Assembly: GCF_000150275.1 (NCBI RefSeq)
Contig: NW_002060956.1
Span: 928,280 to 992,279, forward strand
Origin: Trichoplax adhaerens
Lineage: Eukaryota; Animalia; Placozoa
Reading direction: 5' to 3'
Length of the DNA stretch: 64,000 nt
Made by a program: the position numbers and the translations under genes. Positions 1-13,600 of the stretch are shown piece after piece. The first letter of the stretch is position 1, and every line of letters starts with the position of its first letter. The notes beneath the pieces are model-generated. The model searched no databases and was not told the origin of the DNA. It was given only the letters and a program-made list of their open reading frames with translations.

Positions 1-146
1 GTTGATATTGTACAACTGGACGCGTAGAATATAGCAAGGGATAGTCGGTCTTTTGAATCGACACCAACAATCATTTCAACACGAGTTCGTCTTGAAATTG
101 AGATCGCTGACATTGCTCCAATCCAATAGACGTCTACGGAGTGGAT

Positions 147-495
147 GTAAGTCATCATTCATTGATATCTTGTCCGATATTCTACTGTACAGGATAGGCA
201 GGATGATAGTCAATCATAGTTAGTGAATTGGCTTACAATACAAATTGCCTTTGGATGTCATTCTTGAATGGATCAAATCAACTCAAGATTATACAAGACG
301 TCATTCACTTGCATTAAAACGTAGTCCAAAGTAATTGCAAATGGAGAGAATAGCAACTAGTTCGTCGTGCATCCTTTTCAATTTTGTTTTTTTGGGGGGG
401 GGGGTTTTGTTTTGTTTGCTTATCATCAAGATTGTCTTGTCTTACAATATTGTAAGGTCTTAATCAATTCATTTCCATTGACTAGTTTGCTGTAG
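147..495 (+). other. Probable 5'UTR intron of the arrestin gene
   Basis: Donor GAT|GTAAGT at 147. Acceptor TTTGCTGTAG ends at 495, 35 nt before the ATG at 531. Confidence 0.5.
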
Positions 496-530
496 ACAAG
501 ATTGATATATAAATTACAATTATCGACGAG

Positions 531-3500
531 ATGGCGGATGCGGCTAATAAACCAACGACTGAAAATAATAACGAAGATGCATCGAAAAAAGCTGGTACTA
601 GGTAAGATAGATAGTTTTTGGGAGACAGTAAAAAATAGACATGTCGATCAACGTTACATGTGCACTAGTATTGTTGTCTACATATCTTTGATCAGAATGA
701 AGCGTTGTCATTCATCCATTTCACTACACACAATTGAACTTTCATCTTGATCATGATTGTCAAAATTGCTGTCAGTAATATTTAGACCTTACCATACTAT
801 TTCATATTGATAACTCTCTTTTAAAATGTTCAACTTATATATTGCTAAGAGTAGTATTTAGACCTTACCATACTAGTTCATATTGATAACTCTTTTAAAA
901 TGTTCAACTTATATATTGCTAAGAGTAGTATTTAGACCTTACCATACTAGTTCATATTGATAACTCTCTTTTAAAATGTTCAACTTATATATTGCTAAGA
1001 GTAGTATTTAGACCTTACCATACTAGTTCATATTGATAACTCTCTTTTAAAATGTTCAACTTATATATTGCTAAGAGTAGTATTTAGACCTTACCATACT
1101 AGTTCATATTGATAACTCTCTTTCAAAATGTTCAACTTATATATTGCTAAGAGTAGTATTTAGACCTTACCATACTAGTTCATATTGATAACTCTCTTTC
1201 AAAATGTTCAACTTATATATTGCTAAGAGTAGTACTTAGACCTTACCATACTAGTTCATATTGATAACTCTCTTTTAAAATGTTCAACTTATATATTGCT
1301 AAGAGTAGTATTTGTAAATGTTCAACTTATATATTGCTAAGAGTAGTATTTAGACCTTACCATACTAGTTCATATTGATAACTCTCTTTTAAAATGTTCC
1401 AACTTATAATGAATAAATACCTTATTGCTTACAGTAATATTTAGACCTTACCATACTAGTTCATATTAATAACTCTCTTTTAAAATGTTCCAACTTATAA
1501 TGAATAAATACCTTATTGCTTAGTAAAGTAATATTTAGACCTTACCATACTAGTTCATATTAATAACTCTCTTTTAAAATGTTCCAACTTATAATGAATA
1601 AATACCTTATTGCTTACAGTAATATTTAGACCTTACCATACTAGTTCATATTGATAACTCTCTTTTAAAATATTCCAACTTACAATGAGTAAAAATTGCA
1701 CTTCAATTTGCAATATCAAAATAAAATAAAAAATTACTCATCATCATCATCTTGATCAATTTTGCTACTTCGAAAATGTTTTAATTTGCCAATATCACTT
1801 TATATTTATTACTAATAGAGTTTTTAAGAAAAGTAGTCCAAATGGCAAGGTACGTAAGTTATCTATCTTCATTTAAAATGAATATCCATTGAAATACTAT
1901 CTTCTATTTTTCCTATCAAAATAACAACAATGTTGATCGAATATTTTTGCATCATTCCATTACAACTCTACCATCAAACGAGTACATATATAGCAACGAA
2001 TACTGTACATATCTTAAAAATGCAAGTTAACAATTTCAAGAGCATCCAATTGACTAAACAGTTACCGTACTAAAATAATCAATTGATCTACTGTATTCCC
2101 TATCATGGTTATTACTTTTATTTTGAACCTATTTAGACACAAGCCACTTCTTCTTCCTTTATGTATAGTAATGTGAAATTTAAAAATAACCCATTTTGTC
2201 TTCATAGTTTAAGTCGTTGTCAAATTTTTATCCTACTGATACTCTCCCATTAAAAAGCCTCCATAGGTGTTTATACCCTAAATATGATTCTATCCTTTCA
2301 ATATTGATTGCTACTACAACAGTAGTGTCCGTCGACAGTACCGTTCTTGAATTAATTAAACGAATTAAAAAGTTCAATTTATGTGTCGATAATACGCTAT
2401 AATCATTGTTATAACTGATCAACGTTTTACCTTTGATATATCGCTAAAAATCATCGTCAAGTTATAGACTACATCTTGTAATACTGTCATATCGTGATTC
2501 ATGATATTTTATAGATGTTAGTTTCGTTTCATACGCATTATTAATGTTGTCTATATATACAATGTCATATTTTCTTTCCTTTGCAGTTGTATATTACGTA
2601 CATGTATTTATTGGTGCTAGATTAAGTAGGGCTGGTACATATTGTAACGGCAAGAACAAGGACGTTTTGAAGCATAGTTTGTTCAATCTTTTATTTTTAT
2701 AGACAGTTTAGCGGTAGAATATCAACTGATGTTTTCGTTTACGTGACTATCTAGACCACTTTAAACTGTCGTCACTTTTATTTATTAATATGCCATCATG
2801 TCTATCATCTGTATAACTGAATCTTTCTGATAATACTTTTCATCTCTGGTTACTTCTTAATGTCAGATAAAAGGAAACGTTTCCGTATACTACGTAGATA
2901 TCAGTCACAACAATTTATACTCTTATTATGATAACCTGGTGCAACATAGATTATTTCAATTTCTCCCTGATGATGGACTTTTTACTCTTGACGCAACCTC
3001 TATCACATAAAAGATTAATTTTATTCTTTATACTAACATTTTTCACACGCGTTAACCTGCACCTGCACGTCATTTTAACAAAAAAAATGAAAGGAAAAAA
3101 ATTTTTAATATCATTTTATGTAACTTTCAACATGATTTATAATATACTTTATCTCTCTAAACTAAACAGAGATTATGGTGCAATTAGGTAGTAGATTTTG
3201 AAAATGATCGATATTGTCCTCTATAATAATGAATCCACAAATATCAAGTGATATACAATAATAATAGTGATCTACGTTTTCTTATATTGAATCATATATC
3301 ATCGTTGCGTTTTTTCATTTTAAATATACTCAATCTTATCCTATATTCTTACAGTGCAAGTAAATGACCATTATAAAGATGAAATTAACAATTTTTTTTG
3401 TCTTTGACTATTTTCAATATACAGTAATTCTATAGTAGTTCTAGTAATATAGTACAACAACAAAGGGTGATGTTAATCGACAACTGATCAAGATTTAGAA

Positions 3501-6500
3501 AAGCTTTACATTATTACACCGTAGAATATTTTTACCCTTGAACACTTAAAAAAATGTCCCAGTCTTTATATACGTACATATATATTTACATTCATTGTAA
3601 CGTAGTTATAACAAAAACCTCTCTGACATTGGAAATTAATTCTAATTTTTTTCATCTACACTTAATTTACGCTTTGGCGCTTAATAGGGCATATCTCTGA
3701 TGTTTTATGCCCCAATTCTATCTTTTTCTTTTCTCGTGGTGTCGCATATTGTTTATTATTTATGGGTAGAGTATTCGCACCGATACAACTTTGCATACAA
3801 CTTACTCGACGTTCTGCACATCAATAAAATGAATGATGTTATAGAGCACTTAGTATTTTAACATTTATGGATACAGAATTAGATAATTTGATATCAGCTT
3901 TTCGAAATTTATTCAGAGAAGAAGAAATAGATCACAGTTGGGATCACATTTTGTATTATATAGATATTATTGTTTGACTATTGTAATTTTATTTCCTTGT
4001 AAATGCTCTACTATCGTTTTATAGAACTGTACTGTCAACAAACTAAACAAAAAATTTTTATATATCATACAAGACCATGTTAAATAAATATTTCTGTATT
4101 GTATGCTTATCTATTCGTATATTATAGCTATAACTATAATTGAGACAATACACTATATTGTAGACATTAGAAATGCTTAAAACTGTCTATGTAGACGGTA
4201 TTAAACTGATATAATAATTTTCAACGTACAATCTAATCATTATAATTATAATCGTTTTTTTTTTAATCATATATTGTACAAGTTTTTTCAAATAGAAACT
4301 GGACAATATGCTATGCTACTGTATATTCTTTTAGAAATATTTCTGTCAAATCATTCATTTGTCTTATCTTTTATCTATTGTCAAATAGAAAAATTAGAGA
4401 TATAATTTTTAATCAATGTTTAGCGTTATAGTGGTACCAAGACAGCTTGTAGTATATAAATTCTCTTTTTCTATCACTTTTATTCCTTTAATTAATTACG
4501 TATGCTACTTAAAATGATACTTCTATAAAACGATAGCTAATCCAGTAAACAATATCGTATAGGTGTTTATTAATAGATTTAAACTTCATACAGGCGTATA
4601 CAGCGTAGTACTGTATCAGCTATAGCCAATTATATCTCGTTATACTCTTACATAATTTCTCTTTGCCCCTAAATGAAAAGTTTTAATCGATTTTTATGAT
4701 AAGGAATTAAATAGTCTGATATTTATTATGTTTCAATATTTTTGATGCGATATAAATTTAATAGTCTAAAGAATAATACCGAATTTTAATTTAATTTTTG
4801 TATCGGCAATGTAGGCATAACTAACATGTTTCCTCAATCAATCAATATTTTAGCTTACCACTTACCTTGGAAAAAGAGATTTTGTAGATCATATTGATCA
4901 TATCGATCCCGTAGGTTAGTTATACAAATAAAATTATAGTAGCAAATTATTTACTACAATAATTAGCATATAGTGATTGGCTAATATTCGCGTTTGGGAT
5001 AAAAATTGAATAACCAATACTGTCATATCATACCAGTATGATTACAACATAAACTTTCTTTTTTATGCTTAATTGGTTCAACACCCACTGGTAACACTCT
5101 TTTTAAAAGTATATAGTAATATCTTATCTAATGTTATCATTGCTGTTTAGATGGCGTTGTTTTAGTGGATCCAGAGTATATTGCCGACAAAAAAGGTATA
5201 GCAATTAATTCTATCAGCTAGGGAAGAAAAGATTATTCGTATATAGTTCCTCTAGTTAAAACCGTAAAGCTTGATGGTTAGGATATAGATATGTATAAAG
5301 AGATAGTATTTTTCATTAAAATCGTGGAAATTATGTTGCTACTTAGTCAATAATTAATCATGTAATACAGTGTTTTTTATAAGCAAAAATTATAATATCA
5401 TTAATAATCAAAGTGATAATTTTATAGTAAACGGTTTATTAACGATAACTTTCTTTTCAATTTTTGCCTTTTAGTTTATGTACACGTATTGGCTGCATTT
5501 CGGTAAAATCTAATTTAAAATTAATGAGTACATACATTGGCATAGTTGGTATTTGATCTGTAAAGGAGAAAAAATAGTGCACTAACAAAAATATTGTTGT
5601 ATAATGGTGGTAGTTATGGAAGAGAAGATTTGGATGTTTTAGGACTGACATTTAGGAAGGATTTATTCTTAGTAAGCAGCTACAACAATAAGTACACATT
5701 CTCAACTATGAGAAATCTGAAAGTATTGATAATGTTTAATTTTCTTTATCATAATTTATCAAATATTGTAGTCAACACTTCAGATTTATCCACCTCTACC
5801 AGAGAACGAAAGGCCATTAACTAAGTTACAAGAACGTTTAATAAAAAAACTTGGTGAAAATGCGTACCCTTTCTACTTCGAGGTAGCAATGACAAACAGC
5901 CATCTAGCGTAATCGTATTGGGTTATGATTACTACTAAGAGCTCATGTTTATGATCAATTATAGTTGTCTGTTGGGTCGCCATCTTCTGTTACATTACAA
6001 CCAGCCCCTGGAGATACCGGAAAGGTACTTTAGTAATTATCGGGTACAGAATGAATGCGTTACCTATATATAATTTTACCTAAATATTATCGATATAATA
6101 TTCTAATTAGCCATGTGGCGTAGACTATGAATTGAAAACTTATGTTGGAGACTCACCTGACGACAAAGCGCATAAAAGGTACAGCATTGTTCCTGTAATA
6201 GTGTTGGAATGATGCTGTTAGTTTTTCTTTAGCTCCCTATTTTGATTCATTTCCAAACAAATATTTATCCGTTAGACTATGGGTTTTTATCTAAAATCAT
6301 TTAATGTGTATTTCATTAACTCAGAGACACAATAAGACTAGCGATCAGAAAAATAACGTATGCGCCTGATGAGAACATACCGCAAGTAAGTACTTGTTAT
6401 TCATTGTATATTCTTGTACAGTATGTGTCTTAATTTTGCTAAAATAAAACTTTGCTTTGTTTTACATAGCCTACAGCTGAGATCACTAAAGAATTTATGA

Positions 6501-7944
6501 TGAGTTCTTATCCATTGCACTTGGAATGCACTCTGGATAAAGGGGTATAACACATTATCAAGGCCATAATTATTAACGTTAATCTAAATGTTAACGCTAA
6601 TTGACCATGCTATATTTTGGATTATTTACAACTATTTTAGATGTATTACCATGGCGAGCCAATCAAAGTTAATGTTAGTATAGCTAATAGATCGTCAAAA
6701 ACTGTTAAGAAAATCCGTTTATCAGGTAAAGATCTTCGTAGATTACACTTATATTTATATCGACCGACGATTAGTCAAGGCAAAGCATGTATTTCTATCT
6801 AATAATTTTATACTTCTTCACTTTAGTACGTCAATTTGCAGACATATGCTTATTCTCTACTGCCCAATATAAATGTCCGGTTGCTGTTGTAGAGTCTGAG
6901 TACGTATATCTATATCAATCACAGCTGGTTGATTACTAAGTGCATTGATAACGATAAATTATAATGTAATAGAGATGGATTTCCTCTTAATCCTGGTGGA
7001 ACATTAAATAAAATTTTCACGCTAGTTCCTCTGCTAGAAGATAACAGGGTAAAATTAAATTTATAGCACTGTATATTTCGATATCTTTAAAAGACTAGAT
7101 TGAATGAGTAACTTGACATAATTTATAAACAGGACAAAAGAGGACTTGCATTGGATGGTAAGCTTAAGCACGAGGACACCAATTTGGCTTCTTCCACTAT
7201 GTACGGAATGAGTGCTTTGCTATCATGATGACATTCAGATTTTTGATTTTATGCTCGATAATTAATTCTTGGTGTATTACTTTTATTGATAATTAAAATT
7301 TTATTACGCAGTTACGATCCTGGTGTTAGCAAAGAAAATCTTGGAATTGTAGTACAATACAAAGTTAAAGTAAGATTACTGGTCGCTCTTGGAAGGTAAT
7401 GATATCAAATATGAAGTAAATTGAACAATCGTTAAGATAATGTATTCGACTTAGTTACTTACCTAAGTTTTAATTCATATAGTGACGTAGCTTTGGAATT
7501 ACCATTTACACTGACTCATCCAAAACCTATTGAGCCGGAAGAGCCAATTGTAACCCAGCCCGAAGTTAATCCCCCACAAGGTATGTAACTAAGTTGAGAA
7601 ATTATGGGACATGATTACTTGTCTTGTGTGTAGAGATGATATCGTTAATTGGCTTTAATGTGGAATATAGCGGTAGCAGATACCAAGCCAGAGACAAAGA
7701 ATACGGAAGCACCTATAGATAATAACTTAATTATGTTCGACACAAGGTCTGATTAATATTTTAAAGTAGCTACAAATTTTATAGCGTATAATTTATGTTT
7801 ATCATTTTTTTCCTAATTTATTCTACTTGGATTTACTTTAGTGGAACTGGAGCATTGTTGGCCGATCAGGATGATGATTTTATCATCGAAGAGTTTGTTC
7901 GCATGCGTTTGAAAGACCATAGTAAGGATTCTTCTGAAGCTTAA
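531..7944 (+). CDS. ARRB: Beta-arrestin (non-visual arrestin), 19 coding exons
   Basis: Phase-consistent GT-AG exons: 531-601, 1819-1849, 4854-4914, 5151-5195, 5475-5502, 5614-5671, 5772-5882, 5965-6024, 6111-6178, 6325-6385, 6470-6544, 6641-6725, 6827-6899, 6973-7048, 7133-7200, 7312-7395, 7483-7580, 7671-7746, 7842-7944. Translation: [47 protein letters not shown]...[20 protein letters not shown]...[20 protein letters not shown]...LIMFD (clathrin box-like)...[15 protein letters not shown] (AP2-binding-like). Confidence 0.97.
773..1688. repeat. Minisatellite in arrestin coding intron 1 (76-bp units, then 91-94-bp variant units)
   Basis: Unit core GTARTATTTAGACCTTACCATACTAGTTCATATTRATAACTCTCTTTYAAAATGTT. 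Units start at 775, 851, 925, 1001, 1077, 1153, 1229, 1305 (38-bp half unit), 1343, 1434, 1528 and 1619. Confidence 0.95.
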
Positions 7945-10628
7945 GTGGATACTCGACCTTAGTCAGATGTACTAGGCAGTATTTTAAATGCTTGTTATGT
8001 AAGGATAGTTCACAAATGCTCTTATATAGTTGGAGTAGCTTTGTATACACTATATTACTATACGTATTTGTAGAAAGCAGTCAAATTTTGTTAAAATATG
8101 CAATCTCCCATTCATCTTTTGCTATGGACAATTATTGTAGAGTGCCGTTATTGGTACTGATGGACAGTATTTACGCGGCAGCATGCTAATGTGTCATTTT
8201 TGTCCTGATAGCCAGGCGGTTCTGTCCATGGTTCTCTAATATTGTTAGGTTTTTATTTCCTCATATATTAAGCACATTTCCATTATGTGTTACACGTATA
8301 GAGGTCCTCATGTAACTGATGGTAATTCTACCTCATCGATTACAAAAGATCTAATATGACAGTATAAAATAAGAATCAAGGGATACTTTCTCTTGATAAA
8401 CGTATTTGCAATAATTATGACATTTTTTGTCTCATCATCTGTATAGCAGAAGTTGTGAATTTTGAATTTACATATCGTTTTTCCCGCTCCCGCTTGCGTC
8501 ATTATTATTTCTTAATATTTCGACAATAGATTTGACCATGAAAATTTTCTTTCGTACTGTTCAGTTTATTGGCAATTATACGAACATATAAGGTTCCTTA
8601 TGTAATATTATGAAGCATGATAATATAGAAGGTTGTAGTCATGCATTTTAAATAACTAATGTATGCCAGTATTTTAAGAGCTTTAAAATTAATTTCCAAA
8701 GATTATGATCCTACATTGTTTTGGAAATAAAAGTTTACAGGTAATTCGGTAGATTTTATCTTAAAGAACTCAATTTCAATGCTGTTTACTGTGTTAAAAA
8801 ATTATACTACTATGTGACAGATGTAACGATAATTTTGAAATGGTTATTACAGTATGATTGGTGAAATCTTTCTATACTTAAAAGTTTAATACTAGCAGTG
8901 AATTATCTCAGAAGTAAATGGATCATCTTGATTTCCAATCATTTATAAGATCTGCGCTTTTGATTAACCGAGGCCAAAGAAATTTACGATTTTAAATTAG
9001 ATTTGTGGTTATCAACATTTTGAGTTTATCCGAATTTATAAATATGGCTGACTTAAGGCAAGCGAAATGTTTGTGAATGAGTTTCTAAGGCAAATCGGAT
9101 CTTGTTCATTGTTTACTCAACTGATTCATAATGTCATAGTTGGTTGGACATTAACATGGCATAAGATGTGATGAGTTATCTTAGTAAAACTAATACTTTT
9201 TCTATACTGTACTTGTATGAAAAATTCATCCTTTAAAGTCTTTATAGGTATCATCGGAATACCCGTATGATGTATCTTTCCGAGTACAGCATCTACCGAC
9301 CTGACTACTATTTTATAAATTTGCGTATATTGTACAGTATAAGAAGTTTTATTTGTTTACAGTATATACTCATTTAATGCATCGGAATTTAGATTTATCA
9401 ATTTACCGTATTCTTTGCCTTATAATATCATATTCCATATTGTAGCTGCTTACTGACATAATTAAGTCCCACATATTGTATTAAAGCTTAACTCTTTATA
9501 GGAATGCAGACGCATTTGCAACTACGTTATAAAACTAGAGAACTGATCTGATTTTACTCAACAAACAAACAGTTGAGCTTATAATAAACTCTTCGGATGA
9601 TGATTCACCTTGACGAATAATTTTTACTTGATAATCAAATTAATGTAACGATATTAATAGATATAGATGTTTACTGATTAATTCTAGATAGTCGGACTAC
9701 TGCATGTCAATTCACAGAATCTTTTATAGTGTAACCTATATAAAATCTACTGTCATTTAAAATTGTAATCTAAACTTTACGGTGTACGCGAGACGTATCC
9801 ATAATCTGATGGATTTGAGTCATAGTTGAACGTGGTATCAACAATAGTAAGTAAATCGCTACATGATTTTGCAAAGAACAGTGTGCTATACCGTACACCA
9901 AATTACCTTGACTGTTAAGCAACCCACACGGTATTGTACAACATATAATTTACTCCAGCAAATTACAACCATGTTGACTTCTACTGTCTGCAGGTCTGAA
10001 TTGTAGTCACCATGTAAGAACGTTAAATTCACGAATTCTTACTGTCCATCCCTAAGGGTAGTTCATGCTATGACAACATGTGGTAATTTAGATTAGAAAT
10101 AAAAGCAGTTCGATTAATAGGCATCCTTTCAAGAGCCAACATCCATTATGTTGCATTTAAAAAGAAAATTTTATTCATATTCACCAAGATAAAACCAAAA
10201 ATAGACATTGAATTGTTAGGCACTATATTAAATCGTGAGATCTTACGTAGCTAGATAGAAATATGTGTGTATCATGTGCTAATTGTGTGCTGTTATTAAG
10301 CGTAGGAAAACATCAGTAGCAATAATAAGTTTGATTCACGTATGCATATGGTGCGATTTAATATAATGCTCCGCTTGTACGATTTCCGAATCTGAACCGA
10401 TTCGGTAATAAATTTATTCGAGGTCCCCACGTAAAACGCAACACCTTTATACTCAAGATTTTACCATAATAACATAATGTTGCTGCAATTTTTCATAGCT
10501 GCATCATGTAAAATACAATTTCGAGTAAAAGAATTACATAGTAAGACGTTCGACGACTTTCATGCTTACGACTATAGGATAAGCAGATAATATTTCCTCA
10601 TTAATGTTTTATCCCAAATCTTAATAAA

Positions 10629-13600
10629 TTACTTATGTTTACTTAACACACTATCAAATGCATCAATGAAGTAGTTGGCATGGTATGGCTCAAATATTAG
10701 GGCAGGCCTTAACCGCATTGCTAATGCACCACACGAGCCCGCCATTATTCCTGTTATATTAGTATGGATGTATAAAGAATTGTAATTAGTTTTGATACCA
10801 GTAAAATTATACGAACGAACGCAATATTAAGAAATAATTTAATGTTAAATTCTTTAGTGATTGCAGTTAGAAGTTAGTAAAAATACGCCTCTATACAATT
10901 AATGTGGCGTAAATGCACGTATTCCAAATTGTATACTGGTCGTCAAATCATTAATTATACATATCTACCGGATAACGTATTGATCATGAACTCACCATTA
11001 TTTTTTAAATCAGCAATAATTTCATCTCGTTTTTTGCTATCAATAAAGTCAATAGCGCAGAACGTTCCCATTCCACGAGGACGAGATATTATGTTTGGAT
11101 ATTTCGACTAGCAATAAAAGTTTAGTTTTACTTTTGTTTAATCTTAAATCTGAGTAGATAAAGTTTCTTTGGGTATTATCTCGGAATTACAGTAAAAACA
11201 GTAGCAATATACTATTGACAATCAGATACACGAGATTGATAATGTATGACACGTTGTAATTAAAAATGATTGATTTTTTTATACCCCGTACATCTTTCGT
11301 AATAATAGTAATAAATATCGATTTAGTGCGACCTTACCGCTAGTGATTTTAGACCAGTTTGCAAAACTTCTCCGGATTCTTTCGCAAGATCTATTAGTTT
11401 CTCTCGTTTAATGCAATTAATGATCGCTTCTAATAAGACCAACTTCGAAGAATCTCCTAACCAAGTGTTAAAGACGCGATAACTCTGTAAAGTAGGTCGA
11501 ACAGTTTAGTTTAGAATTGTACATGGCTAGTTGGACATATATCCACTCAAATTGTAACCTATCAAAGTAAGATTGTAAAAGAATAGTATAAACTGATTTC
11601 GTAAATTGCCGGTAACATAAATACTAGTTATATGTACTAGATAAAATATTAGAATACAATTCGAAGTAAATAAATATGTTTCACTATAACAAAAACCTCA
11701 TCCACTCTCATTTCATCCTTATGATATATTCCCCCTAATTGCATCTTTTTGCTAAATGTAACCATTTCAGGGGGATCATCCAACTCCCAACTTTCGTGAG
11801 CCCTAAAGGAAAGAATAAATATGTAAATTTAAATAACTAAATACTGTTACACTGTTGCAATATTAAAAGAAACATAATGTTTTCAATTATTTTCATGGAT
11901 CAGGTTTACAATGAATTAAATATTGTATATACTCGTACTATAACATCATGTGATCTAAATCTTCAATCGCATATATTACCACATATGGCCGGTAGCTGCG
12001 CATCCAGTTTGTACTTCGTCAACAAGAAAAGCAGCTCCAACCTGTAACCAAAATATTTAAACATAAATATAAAGGCAAGATTATTTGAAAGTTAATTGAA
12101 AAAATTGAATGATGGCATATAATCTAACGTGGTCTTGTCTGGTGGTGTAAAGTATTAATAATAGAGTTTAACCATTTAAATTATTGACAGCAATTTTAGA
12201 AATCATAAATACGTATTTTACTTCTTTAGCAATGTTTCGTAACTGTCGGAAAAATGCTACCGATGCATGATTATCACCTGATATTAGTAAAAAATAGACA
12301 AGTTCAAAGGTTGATGCTAAAAAGCCGACTCACTTTACTATTCAAAGTGAGTATTATTTTCAATGCAAATATATATATATAGAACGATAGTATAAATTTT
12401 ATGAGTTTGAATTAGCATTAGTAATTCTTTAATAGTAAAAATATAGAAATTTTTACTGTAGCAAGAAGTGTTACTATGATCGCGATTTATCTTTCAAGTT
12501 ACTTACCTCCTTCCGCCTGAATAGGTTCAACAACGATTACAGCGACCGGGGAACCCTTGTTTTCATATTCATTAATTAATTGCTTAACCTATGCGCGTAT
12601 TCAAGAATCGATACAATAACATTGAAATAAGCTATCTATTCTTCAGTTTGTGCATTAAATTGACTAAGTACTGTCTTATTGCTAGACGGCTAAAAGAATT
12701 TAGAGAGTCTGGAAGCTATTAATGGCTGCAGCAACGTAAGTGAGCGGTCCTATGGCCATAAGTAAGACTACATATAAGTGGATTACTGAATTACTGTAAC
12801 TATAAAAATGCTGGGGATATTTACGTGAAATGTGTACTGTATCATGCCTTGAGAAATTAGTACGCATAGTGTCTTTATAGTAGAAAAGCTACCCGGATCG
12901 TTTTAATACCTTATCTAAGCACCGCTCCTCTTCTAATTGATTTTCTTTCTGAAAGTTTTCCAGTGGATATTTCAACTGTGGAAAGGGCGCCGTAGGCCAA
13001 TCAAAAGCAGGAATATCCAATTTATGGACTGCCTTGGAATGGGTGGTTGATAAGGTGCCTATCAGTACCATTAATATAGCATTAAGCTGTTAATTATCAC
13101 GGTTAGATAATAAATTGATAATTTTAATCATGCATGCACAGAGTTAAAAAGAATTTATTTTTTGGATTTACCCATTGTTCTACCGTGAAAACCGCCATCG
13201 AACGATAAGATGCTAAGTTTAGGCGATCCAGGAACCTAAAAATTATTTAGCCATTGAAAAAGATATGAGATATAACTTTAAATACGGGAAAGGGCATACA
13301 ACAAGTTTTTTCAAGTGATAGAAATAGGTTAAAGTAGTTTCTTAGATAGAAAGATTTTAGAACGTGTTGATATACTGTAAAGTTTCGCAATCATAGAGAA
13401 TAAATCACTACTAACTTTATTTAAAAGTGTAGATTCCAATTCTTCCTTTGTGGGTGGTTTTCCATCTCGTTTCTTTCTCTAATCAAATTGGTAGAAGACT
13501 AGAACTTAGTGAAACAATATAAAACATGTCTACTTATTCAGCACTGAATATATACAGTATATATATATATGTGTTAACAAAAAGCTATTATGGTATTTAC

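Noticed and set aside
773-1688. Repeat array as CRISPR
   Set aside because: No unique spacers, intronic in a eukaryotic gene, and no cas genes.
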